From Nitrososphaeraceae archaeon (GTDB taxonomy: Archaea; Thermoproteota; Nitrososphaeria; Nitrososphaerales; Nitrosopumilaceae), in contig JAICOU010000001.1 of NCBI GenBank assembly GCA_025930495.1, forward strand, positions 11,867 to 75,866: a stretch of DNA of 64,000 nucleotides, given 5' to 3'. The notes under the pieces were generated by a model. That model ran no database searches and was not told the DNA's origin. It saw only the letters and a list, made by a program, of their open reading frames with translations. The translations under genes were made by a program, and so were the position numbers. Shown piece after piece: positions 47,918 through 57,783 of this stretch (position 1 is its first letter; each line of letters opens with the position of its first letter).

Positions 47918-48442
47918 ATGAATTTCAAAAAAATGGTAATAAAAACCAAAGATACTTTATATTTGGTCAAAGTCAAATTGAACTACTTGGCAAGTTACAA
48001 GGGAACATATTCAAATGAACAGTCATTAAACTTTGTAATTCCAATTATGGTAATTTTATTTCTGGGAATTATTTACATAATGACTCAAAGATCAGGATCA
48101 GGATTTGTCAGCTTTATTCTAATTGGAGCTGCTGCAATTACAATGTTTTATTGGGTTCATGTTCTCAAGAAAATGACTAAAGAACAAAAACCGGTATACA
48201 ATGCAAGAGAGCAAGAGACAAAAAATTGGGTTTATGATCTTATCAAAGGAGAAGGCGATTTTGTCTTTGTAGCTGAAGTTCCAGGACCAGAAGACAAGAT
48301 AGCAGTCAGATTAATTGACGGTATTTTGTATATTCGTGGTTCTATGGGTTTTTCAAAAGAAGTTCCAATAGAGGGTTCAAATGAAATGAAAATTGTCGAT
48401 TTTAAATATAGAAACGGTGTACTTACACTAAGAATAAAATAA
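47918..48442 (+). CDS. Membrane-anchored Hsp20/alpha-crystallin domain protein (start uncertain)
   Basis: Two TM helices, then WVYDL...VAEVPGP...YRNGVLTL. Confidence 0.75.
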   Translation: MNFKKMVIKTKDTLYLVKVKLNYLASYKGTYSNEQSLNFVIPIMVILFLGIIYIMTQRSGSGFVSFILIGAAAITMFYWVHVLKKMTKEQKPVYNAREQETKNWVYDLIKGEGDFVFVAEVPGPEDKIAVRLIDGILYIRGSMGFSKEVPIEGSNEMKIVDFKYRNGVLTLRIK

Positions 48443-49549
48443 TTATAGACTTTTTGCAAGTTCTAATTTTTGTGGAAGATATTTATCAGTAATATTTGTC
48501 AGTCCATATTTTGAAAATGCTTCTAACTCAGCTTTTCTTTTAATTTTAAGAAATACATCTAATTCTTTTTTCCATATACCTTCTTGATATCTAGGATCAC
48601 TTTGTAGATCGTAACATCGTTTAATGTCAGATTCAGTCATAGGAATTGTTGGCAGCTTAAATTTTTCAATGTCAGTAGCCCATACACCTACCCATTTTGC
48701 ATCAGGAACTGTAAGTTCTCTTAGATGTGCAGCATTTGCAGATCCAGATTTTATTACCATTGCAATATGTTCTCCATACACATCACCATCTGTGAGAACA
48801 ATTACAGGTAAACCCATTTCATCATGTAATCTTTTTAAAAGAGTTCTAGTAGAACGAGGAGCTTGTCCTCCAGTATTAATTATAATAGATTTGAACTTTT
48901 TATCAACTTGTTCTTCTACAAATCTTGTGAATAGACCACCTTTCTCAATAGCAATTACAATTTCAGCACTTGTGTCTACTAATTCTGCAGTAGTCAAGCT
49001 AGGACCTATTGCATATCCATCAGGATGATTAGAAAGATTCATCCTTTTACCTTCATAGCCAGGAATGGTATACTCTATGTTCAAATCTCCAAAAATTGAA
49101 CTTCTCTCTTCTGGAAATATATGAAAATCTTCACGTGGTTTTGATAATACAGCTTCCAAATCAACAATGATATTATCAGACTCAGATTGGTCTTCAAATT
49201 CAATTGCGAATGCTTGGGATGAATAATAGACGTCTCTTAATGTAGATGATTTTTTTTCTTGGGTTAGTCTATTGGCAAAAAATGCTAACCACATTAATTG
49301 AGTAAATGATCTTAATTGAGAAGAATTTCTTGAACTTCTAAGTGCAGCAGAGTTTCCTAAAATATATTGTCGTAGTTTTTTGTCATAGACTATATTACTG
49401 ACAGATCTGCTAGGAATTGAAAATTTTGGAAATTGTCCATTATCTAAATCACCGTAAACTTTAGCACCGTGATCTTTTAGTGCATCTATTATATTCTGCT
49501 GTTTTTCAATTGCTTTTTGCTTACGATCTTTAGATTTGTTTGTCGTCAA
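48443..49549 (-). CDS. top6A: DNA topoisomerase VI subunit A
   Basis: TLRDVYY, IEKGG, TGGQ, TDGDVYG and KAELEA motifs. Confidence 0.95.
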   Translation of the reverse strand: MTTNKSKDRKQKAIEKQQNIIDALKDHGAKVYGDLDNGQFPKFSIPSRSVSNIVYDKKLRQYILGNSAALRSSRNSSQLRSFTQLMWLAFFANRLTQEKKSSTLRDVYYSSQAFAIEFEDQSESDNIIVDLEAVLSKPREDFHIFPEERSSIFGDLNIEYTIPGYEGKRMNLSNHPDGYAIGPSLTTAELVDTSAEIVIAIEKGGLFTRFVEEQVDKKFKSIIINTGGQAPRSTRTLLKRLHDEMGLPVIVLTDGDVYGEHIAMVIKSGSANAAHLRELTVPDAKWVGVWATDIEKFKLPTIPMTESDIKRCYDLQSDPRYQEGIWKKELDVFLKIKRKAELEAFSKYGLTNITDKYLPQKLELAKSL

Positions 49550-51374
49550 CTATTATCTCCTCTTCTAACAATTTCTTATAATTTGGTTCTTTAGTCTTTC
49601 CAGCAAGTTCTGTACAGAACTGTGCAATTAATGGAAGATATTTTGCATATAGATTTGCTCTCTTTTTTGCCATCTCAGCTTGACCACGCTTAGACATGTA
49701 CGCTGCAAGTTTTCTAGACAGAAACTGGAGTCCTAATCTTAATTCACGTTCTATTTCTTGTCTATCTGCCACATTTTCTTTTCCAACTGTCTTGTAAGGT
49801 ATTCTAGTAGAACAGATATGAGTGACTATAACAAATGGTGGATCACCTTTGACTTTATACCTACTCCAATCAGTATCATTTACCACTTTTAGAACGACAT
49901 CACTTCCCTCATCATAAAGTAATGGAATTCTATTGGCATATCGATAAACATGCGGACCGCCTGGACGTATTTCGCCACCATATGCAATACCCATCTCTAC
50001 AATAAATGGAAACCCAGAATAGGCAGAAGCTGGGCGTTGAATCACTGCACAGAAATCAGGTTTAAAGAATTTTTTTATTCCTTTTTCAAGTGGTTCTTCC
50101 CCTAGTGGTGCCAGACAACTTGGGTCTGGTGAAAGAAAATCTTCAAATTTTTGTAGCGAATCACTTAGTTTTACTAATTCTTCATTAGTCATAGATCCCA
50201 TTCGTTTTTCTGGTTTGAAACCTGCAAATTCTGCAAATTTAACAGCGGTTGACGGTCCTATTCTTTGGAATCTTTTTGTCAAAAATGTAGTTAGTGTTTC
50301 TCCTTGTACAGTGCCAGTTAATTGTTTATAGTATTGACTTTCAGGATCCATATCTACAGATTTAGATTGAGAGTCACCAAAATCCCAATAATACAATTTT
50401 TTATTTGGTACATCAATATCTTCAATTCGTATTTTATTTAGTTTGTCAAAATCCATTTTAAGAAAAGACATCAAAGCAATTACAACTCTTACAGGTTTAG
50501 AAAGAGTCTTCCAGCGTTTTTTTGCTTTATCCATTATTCCAGTGAATGCAAGATTGTTTTTTGCCAATCCTAAATCTTTTCTAACTTTTTCAACCATAGC
50601 ATCATCAATGTTTGGAATTTCAAATTGAGATTCGACCATCATACGTCTAATTGTTTCAACATCAATACCATGTGCATGAGGTCTAATTATTGTGGGTGCA
50701 GGTGGCATATCATTTACAATTTTGGAATAATGGAATTTTTCTCCTTTAGGATCATCAAAAGTTATTGTTGCGTATGGGGTAATCAAGGATGTTTCATAAA
50801 CATAATCTTTAATTTTTGAACCTGCTTTTGCATAATCACCCTCCAGACAAATACTAACAGAAAGACCTCTTTTTGTTACTTCTTTAGTATTGTGTTTTAA
50901 AATCACAGGCTTATTTTTTTGAATATCTAATAACAATTCAAATTCGTCTTGAATTTTTCCATCAGTTGAACTTTTAACATAAACGGGTTTGTTTGTAGTG
51001 ATCTGACCATACAGAATGGCCATGGTAGCTCCCAGACCAAACATTCCTCGTGCCTGTTTTAATCCAAATTTAGAACCATAAAGTACAGTTCCAAATGCTA
51101 ATGGAACGTGTTTTGACTCTATTCCAGGACCATTGTCCTTGACAGTTAAAATGTAAGGTTTAGGATCTGGGGCATCTGGATCAACTGCCTTGATTGAAAG
51201 ATGAACATCGGGAAAAATTCCTTTTTGATCACATGCATCTAAAGAATTCTCTACAAACTCCCTTACCGCAGTATACAGTGATCTAGTAGGATTACTAAAT
51301 CCAGCTAAATCCCTATTTCTATAAAAAAACTCACTTGGGGAGATTTGATTAAATTTTTCTTTAATAGAAGACAT
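49530..51374 (-). CDS. top6B: DNA topoisomerase VI subunit B
   Basis: EFFYRN...GF, EFVENSLDA, DNGPGI, GSKF...RG.FGLG and RYANRIPLLY motifs. Confidence 0.95.
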   Translation of the reverse strand: MSSIKEKFNQISPSEFFYRNRDLAGFSNPTRSLYTAVREFVENSLDACDQKGIFPDVHLSIKAVDPDAPDPKPYILTVKDNGPGIESKHVPLAFGTVLYGSKFGLKQARGMFGLGATMAILYGQITTNKPVYVKSSTDGKIQDEFELLLDIQKNKPVILKHNTKEVTKRGLSVSICLEGDYAKAGSKIKDYVYETSLITPYATITFDDPKGEKFHYSKIVNDMPPAPTIIRPHAHGIDVETIRRMMVESQFEIPNIDDAMVEKVRKDLGLAKNNLAFTGIMDKAKKRWKTLSKPVRVVIALMSFLKMDFDKLNKIRIEDIDVPNKKLYYWDFGDSQSKSVDMDPESQYYKQLTGTVQGETLTTFLTKRFQRIGPSTAVKFAEFAGFKPEKRMGSMTNEELVKLSDSLQKFEDFLSPDPSCLAPLGEEPLEKGIKKFFKPDFCAVIQRPASAYSGFPFIVEMGIAYGGEIRPGGPHVYRYANRIPLLYDEGSDVVLKVVNDTDWSRYKVKGDPPFVIVTHICSTRIPYKTVGKENVADRQEIERELRLGLQFLSRKLAAYMSKRGQAEMAKKRANLYAKYLPLIAQFCTELAGKTKEPNYKKLLEEEIIVDDKQI

Positions 51375-51933
51375 CTTGGTTTTCCCATAATTGCATTTTT
51401 TCTTGTTTATTTTTTCTGTTTGCTGCTTCTAATTTGTTGTAAACTGCACCATGGATGCTACCATTTGATATTGATGATATTGCATCAACAACCAATCTTA
51501 GTTTACTAGTATCACCGATTATTGAAACAGTCTTCCCATAAACAGAGATGTGTGTTCCAGTTAGATTTTCCATATTTTTTCTTGCCTTACCACCTTCTCC
51601 TATAATTCTCCCTTTTATCCTTTCAATATTTGTATTTGATTTTCCTGCAAACTCTCTCAAATCTATCACATGTAATGCATTTTCACCCTTTAGTAAACTC
51701 ATTGCATTTTCAGGAGAAAATCCTCTACCTATTGCGGTAACAATCTCCATAGCTTTGAAAGGTTGAATGTTTTCAACATTACCATTAGATTTAATAAAAA
51801 CTTCACCAGTTTCACCATCGATATCTAAAGTAACATAGCAAAGTTGTTCAATCTTTGATTTTACATTTCCAGACTTGCCAATCAGTACAGCTATTCGTTC
51901 ATTTGGAATTCGAAGTATTTTTTCAAAGCTCAT
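51361..51933 (-). CDS. KH-domain RNA-processing protein (Dim2/Pno1)
   Basis: LIGKSG, AIGRGF and GRIIGEGG motifs. Confidence 0.9.
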   Translation of the reverse strand: MSFEKILRIPNERIAVLIGKSGNVKSKIEQLCYVTLDIDGETGEVFIKSNGNVENIQPFKAMEIVTAIGRGFSPENAMSLLKGENALHVIDLREFAGKSNTNIERIKGRIIGEGGKARKNMENLTGTHISVYGKTVSIIGDTSKLRLVVDAISSISNGSIHGAVYNKLEAANRKNKQEKMQLWENQDVFY

Positions 51934-52739
51934 CTTGTAATATCCTCAAATAATTTAGTTGGATCTTCAACAGAAATTCCCCTTTTAGAAAAGAATTTAG
52001 TTATATTATTAATGTCTCTTTTAAGAAATTCATGAGCATTAGGGTGTCTCAGATCAACTGCAGAGCCAAGATCAAAAAGAACCAATCCTTTAGGAGTTTT
52101 AAAAATATTATATTCAGAATAGTCCCCATGAACTAGTTTGGCTTTTTGATAGAGCCGTGTAATTATTGAGATTGCTTGAACATAATCATTTTCATCAACT
52201 TCAGATTCAAGCAAAATCTTTGCTGGTGAGCCATTTTCACCAATAAAGTCTAAGGCAAGCACATTATTTGTTAGATAAAGAGGTCTTGGGACAGGAATTC
52301 CACACTTATAGCACTGCGATAAATTTCTATACTCTTTTTTTGCCCATAGATAAATAAGATTTTTTGTACCTCTTTTCAATTTTGAAAATCGTGGATCTCC
52401 TGTTATGTATTGTTCTCGTTTTTTAAAATTTGAAGTGCTTATCAAGTAAATTTTTAATGCGACATCAATATTTTTTTCATCAACAGCCCAGAAAAGAACA
52501 GATTCTTTTCCTGCACTTACAGGACCATTAACATATGCAATTATATGATCTGTGATCATCTTGTAAAGTGTCATTACAGTAGGCTTATCTAGAACTTCAT
52601 TAATCACCTTGCCTTTTTTGAATCCATCTTCCAGACCTCCTCTTTTAGATTTAAAAATTAATTTATTATCAACTTTTGATTCTAATTTTCTACTTAAATC
52701 ATCATACAACAAATCATCGGACATTATATCATCGGACAA
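51930..52739 (-). CDS. rio1: RIO1 serine/threonine kinase
   Basis: SAGKES, ALKIY, WAKKEYRNL, VHGDYSEYNI and DLGSA motifs. Confidence 0.92.
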   Translation of the reverse strand: MSDDIMSDDLLYDDLSRKLESKVDNKLIFKSKRGGLEDGFKKGKVINEVLDKPTVMTLYKMITDHIIAYVNGPVSAGKESVLFWAVDEKNIDVALKIYLISTSNFKKREQYITGDPRFSKLKRGTKNLIYLWAKKEYRNLSQCYKCGIPVPRPLYLTNNVLALDFIGENGSPAKILLESEVDENDYVQAISIITRLYQKAKLVHGDYSEYNIFKTPKGLVLFDLGSAVDLRHPNAHEFLKRDINNITKFFSKRGISVEDPTKLFEDITR

Positions 52740-52849
52740 TGAATGTTATTGTAGATACTAGATAAAAGAGATTTCCTTTATTGTGTTGTTAGAAAGTGAT
52801 ATTTTTATGTAATCAATATAATTATTTCTTTATTTGTAATTTAAATGCA

Positions 52850-53146
52850 TTACATTTTAAAAACAATCAAAAAAGGCACTCCAGAAATTTTTTTTACTCC
52901 ATTTTCAGAACCGATTCCAAGTTCTAATGAAAGAGATATTGTATTTTTTCCAACCATATTAATTATCGATGAATTTTCAAGTAGTTTTTTAGCTTCATCT
53001 TTTTCAATTATGTGATCACCGTAATAGCTCTTACTTATTGTCACAGTTAATTCATTTTGAGTTATATTTTTTCCAAGAAGATCTGCATCACAAATATTAA
53101 GCATTAAATTTTTTTGATATTCAGTAGTTTTAACTGAGAATTGCAT
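52850..53146 (-). CDS. DUF424 family protein
   Basis: ICDADLLGK, SYYG and IINMVG..TI..G motifs. Confidence 0.8.
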   Translation of the reverse strand: MQFSVKTTEYQKNLMLNICDADLLGKNITQNELTVTISKSYYGDHIIEKDEAKKLLENSSIINMVGKNTISLSLELGIGSENGVKKISGVPFLIVFKM

Positions 53147-53568
53147 TATGCATATTTACCTTTTAGAGTAGATTTAGCACCGCATGCTTCACAAATCAAA
53201 AAAGAGATTCGGTTTTCTTTTAAAATCTTTGTATCAGGACTTTTACAAGTATGACATTCCACATAGTCTTTAACATAAATTTGAAAAAGACGAGTAAAGT
53301 CATCAGGTGCTCTTCTTCCAACAAACATTGCCTTATCACCTAAGCGCTCAGCTGGAACTGCAAATTCTTTAGAGAGATATTGGAGAACTTTATCAGGATC
53401 TCGACGAAGAACTTTTGGAAATTCTGAGAAATTACGCAGAAAAGTTTTTTGGCCTTCCCACATCACATCGACTACTGGAAGTTCAAATCTAGCAGTAGAC
53501 GCTTTTTTAGTATCGCCTAATTTATCCTGAATTCTCTTAAGGAGATGTTCATAATCGGATTTGGTCAC
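53146..53568 (-). CDS. eif2b: Translation initiation factor aIF-2 beta
   Basis: RFELP, T.LRNF, L.KE and YVECHTCKSPDT...CEACGA motifs. Confidence 0.93.
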   Translation of the reverse strand: MTKSDYEHLLKRIQDKLGDTKKASTARFELPVVDVMWEGQKTFLRNFSEFPKVLRRDPDKVLQYLSKEFAVPAERLGDKAMFVGRRAPDDFTRLFQIYVKDYVECHTCKSPDTKILKENRISFLICEACGAKSTLKGKYA

Positions 53569-53635
53569 TGAAAAATTGTGTATACTGTACCCTATATTGG
53601 TTTTTGAAAAAGAGAAATCGTGTGGATTTGTTGAC

Positions 53636-53779
53636 CTACATCTTTCCTATTCGGAAGACATTAGTTCCACATTTAGGACATGTGCCTTTTACAGCAGGAC
53701 GTCCATTCTTTAGTTTAGTTTCTTTGGGATCTTTGACTTCCCTTTTAGCTCTGCATTTTACGCAATATGCTTCTACCAT
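53636..53779 (-). CDS. 47-aa basic zinc-ribbon protein (DUF5679-like)
   Basis: Manual translation MVEAYCVKCRAKREVKDPKETKLKNGRPAVKGTCPKCGTNVFRIGKM*. Missed by the ORF track. Confidence 0.8.
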   Translation of the reverse strand: MVEAYCVKCRAKREVKDPKETKLKNGRPAVKGTCPKCGTNVFRIGKM

Positions 53780-54030
53780 TCTAGAAAATGTCGTACTTGG
53801 TGGTATTTAGGAAGAGCCTGTGAAAATTATTTAACTATAGACTAGATGTGTGTAAATTTTTTGATGTATCAAAAAGGAAGTATTATAAAAAATTTCAATG
53901 AATATTGTGATTTTTTTAATATTTCTAATAAGAATTGTGTTTGTATTGATTTTTTTTAACATTTATTCAATAAGAGACTATATTTTGAAAGGTTTACCAG
54001 TTATAAACACCCTAATTCTAAGCTAACAAA

Positions 54031-54519
54031 ATGGCATCTAAAAAGGGGATTGCAGTTACAGTGATTATTTTAGTAGCAATTACAGCTGCCAGTTTTCTCT
54101 TCTGGATTATACCTCAAGAAAATCCATCTGCTTTGGTTGTATCAGATTATGAGAATTATCTTGACGGAGTAAAGAAAATTCATGAGGTTTTACAAGAATC
54201 TATCGAAACAGAATTTCAGAATCTTTTAGATAAAAAAACATCTCCCGATGACTATATTGCAATAACAGAAGTAACATCAACACAAGTTACTGCTCAAATT
54301 AGTGAATTCATAACATCTAAACCGCCAGAAGAGTGGCAAGATAGTTACATTAGTTACATGGAGGCTCTAAAAAAATTTAATGCATATATCGTAGAAACCA
54401 AAGTTGCAGCAAATATGTTAAAAGAAGGTCAGATAGATACTGAAATTATGCAAAAAATAGAATCATTAAGATCAGAATCACAAGAATTAATCAATAAATC
54501 AAATGAGTTAAGACCTTAG
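54031..54519 (+). CDS. Membrane-anchored helical hypothetical protein
   Basis: N-terminal TM helix followed by a helical bundle. Confidence 0.65.
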   Translation: MASKKGIAVTVIILVAITAASFLFWIIPQENPSALVVSDYENYLDGVKKIHEVLQESIETEFQNLLDKKTSPDDYIAITEVTSTQVTAQISEFITSKPPEEWQDSYISYMEALKKFNAYIVETKVAANMLKEGQIDTEIMQKIESLRSESQELINKSNELRP

Positions 54520-54595
54520 TTAGGCTCAAAACCTAATTATAATATTTTTAAAAGTTGGAAATCGTTAAAAAGCAATTCAACAGTTAGAAAAAAGA

Positions 54596-55744
54596 ATGTC
54601 TCAGAGATCTGACAAGGTAGAAAAAGATGTTAATGCATCCACAGCTAACAAATTACTAGTGATTTGTGTTGATAGAGATAATGATATAGGTGAAAAAGCA
54701 GGCATCATTACACCAGTTATTGGAAGAGATGCATGTATTAATGCAGCACAGAGATTAGCATTAGAAGATCCAGAAGATGCGGATTCTAATTCAATGTTTT
54801 CTGCAATTAAAACATATGAAGATCTGATAAGTAAGGGCTACCAAGTTGAAGTAGTAATTGTATCTGGCATTAAAGAAAGGGGAGTACAAGCAGATGAAAA
54901 AATTCTAATAGAAATAAAAAAAATTTTAGAAGTATTTTCTGCAAATGGGGCAGTGATTGTATCGGACGGAGAAGACGATGAAAGTGTAATTCCAGTTATT
55001 CAAAATGTATTACCAGTTGTTTCTGTGCAAAGAGTTGTAATGAAAGTAAGTAGAAGCGTCGAATACTCTTACGCAGTTTTTGGAAAATATCTAAAAATGT
55101 TAGCATATGATTCAAAATATTCTAAATTTTTCTTGGGAGTTCCAGGGATACTTTTGTTGATTGGTGGAATTGCAACAATTTTTGGATACACTGCAGAAAT
55201 ATTTGCAGTGTTAGTAAGTATTTTAGGTGCAGCGTTTTTAATTAGAGCTTTTGATATAGATAGAGCATGGGCTAATTTGACAAAACCTACACCGATGGGA
55301 TTTATCAGAATATTTACAATGGTTGCAGGTATTTTGTTGATTTTATCATCAGTTCCAGCTGGAATTAACTCAGTTGATCAGAAATTGGTAGAAAAAGATT
55401 CAGATCTATTTACAATATTTACAGATAAAATAATAATTGGCCAATTTGTTACAGGAGCATTACCAATTTTATGGATGGGTTTGGGTGCAATTTTTGCAGG
55501 AATACTGCTTAGCAACTGGATAGGAGGAATCCCAAGACAAATTAGTGATGTGTTAAGAATCGTAGTTCTTGGTGCACTATATCCTATAACATCTCAGTTT
55601 ACTATTATTATGATGAATGATAATGTTGATTCAACTACGTTAGTGCCACCTTTGTTAGCAGGTCTTGCGGCTACCTTAATTTCGGCCACTATCCTCTTTA
55701 AAAAATATAGAAAACATAAACATCAAGAGATGGTTTCGGACTAA
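54596..55744 (+). CDS. DUF373 family membrane protein
   Basis: LVICVDRDNDIG, DPEDADSN, VSDGEDDE, RVVMK.S and GVPG motifs. Confidence 0.85.
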   Translation: MSQRSDKVEKDVNASTANKLLVICVDRDNDIGEKAGIITPVIGRDACINAAQRLALEDPEDADSNSMFSAIKTYEDLISKGYQVEVVIVSGIKERGVQADEKILIEIKKILEVFSANGAVIVSDGEDDESVIPVIQNVLPVVSVQRVVMKVSRSVEYSYAVFGKYLKMLAYDSKYSKFFLGVPGILLLIGGIATIFGYTAEIFAVLVSILGAAFLIRAFDIDRAWANLTKPTPMGFIRIFTMVAGILLILSSVPAGINSVDQKLVEKDSDLFTIFTDKIIIGQFVTGALPILWMGLGAIFAGILLSNWIGGIPRQISDVLRIVVLGALYPITSQFTIIMMNDNVDSTTLVPPLLAGLAATLISATILFKKYRKHKHQEMVSD

Positions 55745-55828
55745 AATAAGCAAAAATTCCTTTGCAATAACTTTATTCCTGAAAAACACTGATATCATCT
55801 AACATGGATCAATTAATGGTGATTAGAT

Positions 55829-56620
55829 ATTAACAAAATAAAAGATACCGTATTTCAATTATCTGGATTATATAGAATTTATTCAAAAAGACTTGAAAGT
55901 GAAATACGTGGTGGGGATATTCCAAATCATCTTGCCTTGATTTTAGATGGAAACAGAAGATGGGCAAAAAGACACCTCACCATTCCAAAAACAGGTCATT
56001 GGAAGGGTGCAGATGCAGTAGAAAATCTTCTTGATTGGTGTGAAGAATTTGATATTAAAATAATTACATTATATGCACTTTCAGCAGAGAATCTAGATAG
56101 AGATGATGAGGAATTAGGACATCTTTATGAACTGATTCGTATTAGATTAGAAAAACTGTACAATGATCCCAGAATTCATAAAAATAAAATGAGAGTTAAA
56201 GGAATTGGCAGAATAGAACTACTGCCTGATTCAATTAAAGAAATTCTAAAACGATTAGATGATGCAACAAAAAATTATGATAACCATTTTCTCAATATTG
56301 CATTAGCGTATGGAGGACAAAATGAATTAGTAGATGCTGTGAAAAAAATAGCTGAAAAGATCAAAGAGGGATCTCTTAATGTTAATGACATAAGTAAAAA
56401 AGAAATTGAATCTAATTTATACACGTCACATTTACCACAGTCATCGCCAGATATGATTTTAAGAACATCTGGTGAAAAAAGATTAAGTGGATTTCTCATG
56501 TGGCAAAGTGCATATAGTGAATTGATCTTTATGGACATATTTTGGCCAGAATTCAGAAAAATTGATTTGATGAGAGCTATCAGAACATTCCAAGAAAGAA
56601 AAAGAAGATTAGGGAAATAA
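55829..56620 (+). CDS. uppS: cis-prenyltransferase (polyprenyl diphosphate synthase); probable non-canonical start upstream of the track start at 55937
   Basis: IPNHLALILDGNRRWA, YALSAEN.DR, AYGGQ.E and DMILRTSGEKRLSGF. The frame stays open back to 55823, and a GGTGA SD-like site precedes ATT at 55829. Confidence 0.88.
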   Translation: MNKIKDTVFQLSGLYRIYSKRLESEIRGGDIPNHLALILDGNRRWAKRHLTIPKTGHWKGADAVENLLDWCEEFDIKIITLYALSAENLDRDDEELGHLYELIRIRLEKLYNDPRIHKNKMRVKGIGRIELLPDSIKEILKRLDDATKNYDNHFLNIALAYGGQNELVDAVKKIAEKIKEGSLNVNDISKKEIESNLYTSHLPQSSPDMILRTSGEKRLSGFLMWQSAYSELIFMDIFWPEFRKIDLMRAIRTFQERKRRLGK

Positions 56621-56637
56621 TTAGGACAGATATAGAA

Positions 56638-57063
56638 ATGATAGAAGAAACATCTGCAGGTATAGTGTTGTTTAGAAAAGAGAATTCAAAAATTTTATTT
56701 TTGTTATTACATTATCCATCTGGACATTGGGATTTTGTTAAAGGTAAAATGGAAAAAGGTGAAACAACGCATCAAACAGCAATAAGAGAAACACTAGAAG
56801 AAACAGGAATCACAGACATTGTGTTTGTAAATGATTTTGAGGAATGGATAGAATACAATTTTCAATTTCAGGGAGAACTAGTTCATAAGAGAGTTGTCTT
56901 TTTCTTAGCAGAGACAAAAACTAAAGAAATTTCAATTTCACATGAACATCTAGATTATACTTGGATTGATTATCAAACAGCAATGGAGAAAACAACATTT
57001 GACAATGCAAAATTGATTTTATCTAAATCAAAATCATTACTTACCAAAACTTTGCAGTTGTAA
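56638..57063 (+). CDS. Nudix hydrolase (Ap4A hydrolase-like)
   Basis: HWDFVKGKMEKGE...TAIRETLEETG Nudix box and SHEH. Confidence 0.88.
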   Translation: MIEETSAGIVLFRKENSKILFLLLHYPSGHWDFVKGKMEKGETTHQTAIRETLEETGITDIVFVNDFEEWIEYNFQFQGELVHKRVVFFLAETKTKEISISHEHLDYTWIDYQTAMEKTTFDNAKLILSKSKSLLTKTLQL

Positions 57064-57783
57064 TTCTTTTAAAACAGCCACAGGATTTTTAGCATTAAGT
57101 ATTGTTCTACCTACAATTAGATAATCAGTACCAACAGAGAGAACCTCTTTAGCACTTCCGCCTTGTGTACCAATGCCGGGTGAAAATATATCTAATTTTG
57201 TACCTGCTTTTTTATTACAATATCGAATAATTTCTGGAAATGTTGCACCAACTACAATTCCATCAACTTTAGAGGCAATAGCCCAATCCAAAAACAATTG
57301 GTAAAGTTGCTGTTTTTTACCCATCTTAATTTCCATATCATATGATAATTTGGCTTCAGGGGCACTCATATGACACAATGTGATAACACCTTTGTTTTTC
57401 TTGTGAGAAGATTTCACTAATTGTTTTAGGCTATCTAATCCCATAATTGGATTAACAATTACTGCATCAAAACCTGAATTCCAAAGATGCTCCGTAGTAA
57501 CTTTGTTTGTATTTCCAATATCATTTAATTTAATGTCAGCAATGGTTTGTAATCCATAATTATGAGCAGTTTTATTGATTTTAGAAATTTCTTTAAAACT
57601 CAGAGGTAATAATAAATGAAAATTTAGTTTAATTCCACAGAGATATGGATATAATTTTTTGATGTTCTGTATAGTTTTTGTTTCTAAATTATTCACAGAT
57701 GAATCATAATCATTAGCAAGAATAATTTTGCCATTCTTTTTTGAGATCTGAGAAATTCTAGTTTTGAAGGTGGCCATAATCAA
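57037..57783 (-). CDS. pyrF: Orotidine 5'-phosphate decarboxylase
   Basis: DIKLNDIGNT, MSAP, VGAT, SPGIGTQGG and IVGR motifs. Confidence 0.9.
   Translation of the reverse strand: MIMATFKTRISQISKKNGKIILANDYDSSVNNLETKTIQNIKKLYPYLCGIKLNFHLLLPLSFKEISKINKTAHNYGLQTIADIKLNDIGNTNKVTTEHLWNSGFDAVIVNPIMGLDSLKQLVKSSHKKNKGVITLCHMSAPEAKLSYDMEIKMGKKQQLYQLFLDWAIASKVDGIVVGATFPEIIRYCNKKAGTKLDIFSPGIGTQGGSAKEVLSVGTDYLIVGRTILNAKNPVAVLKELQLQSFGK

Noticed and set aside
53604-53810. 68-aa plus-strand ORF
   Set aside because: It is antisense to the 47-aa CxxC zinc-ribbon gene, which is the far more protein-like frame.
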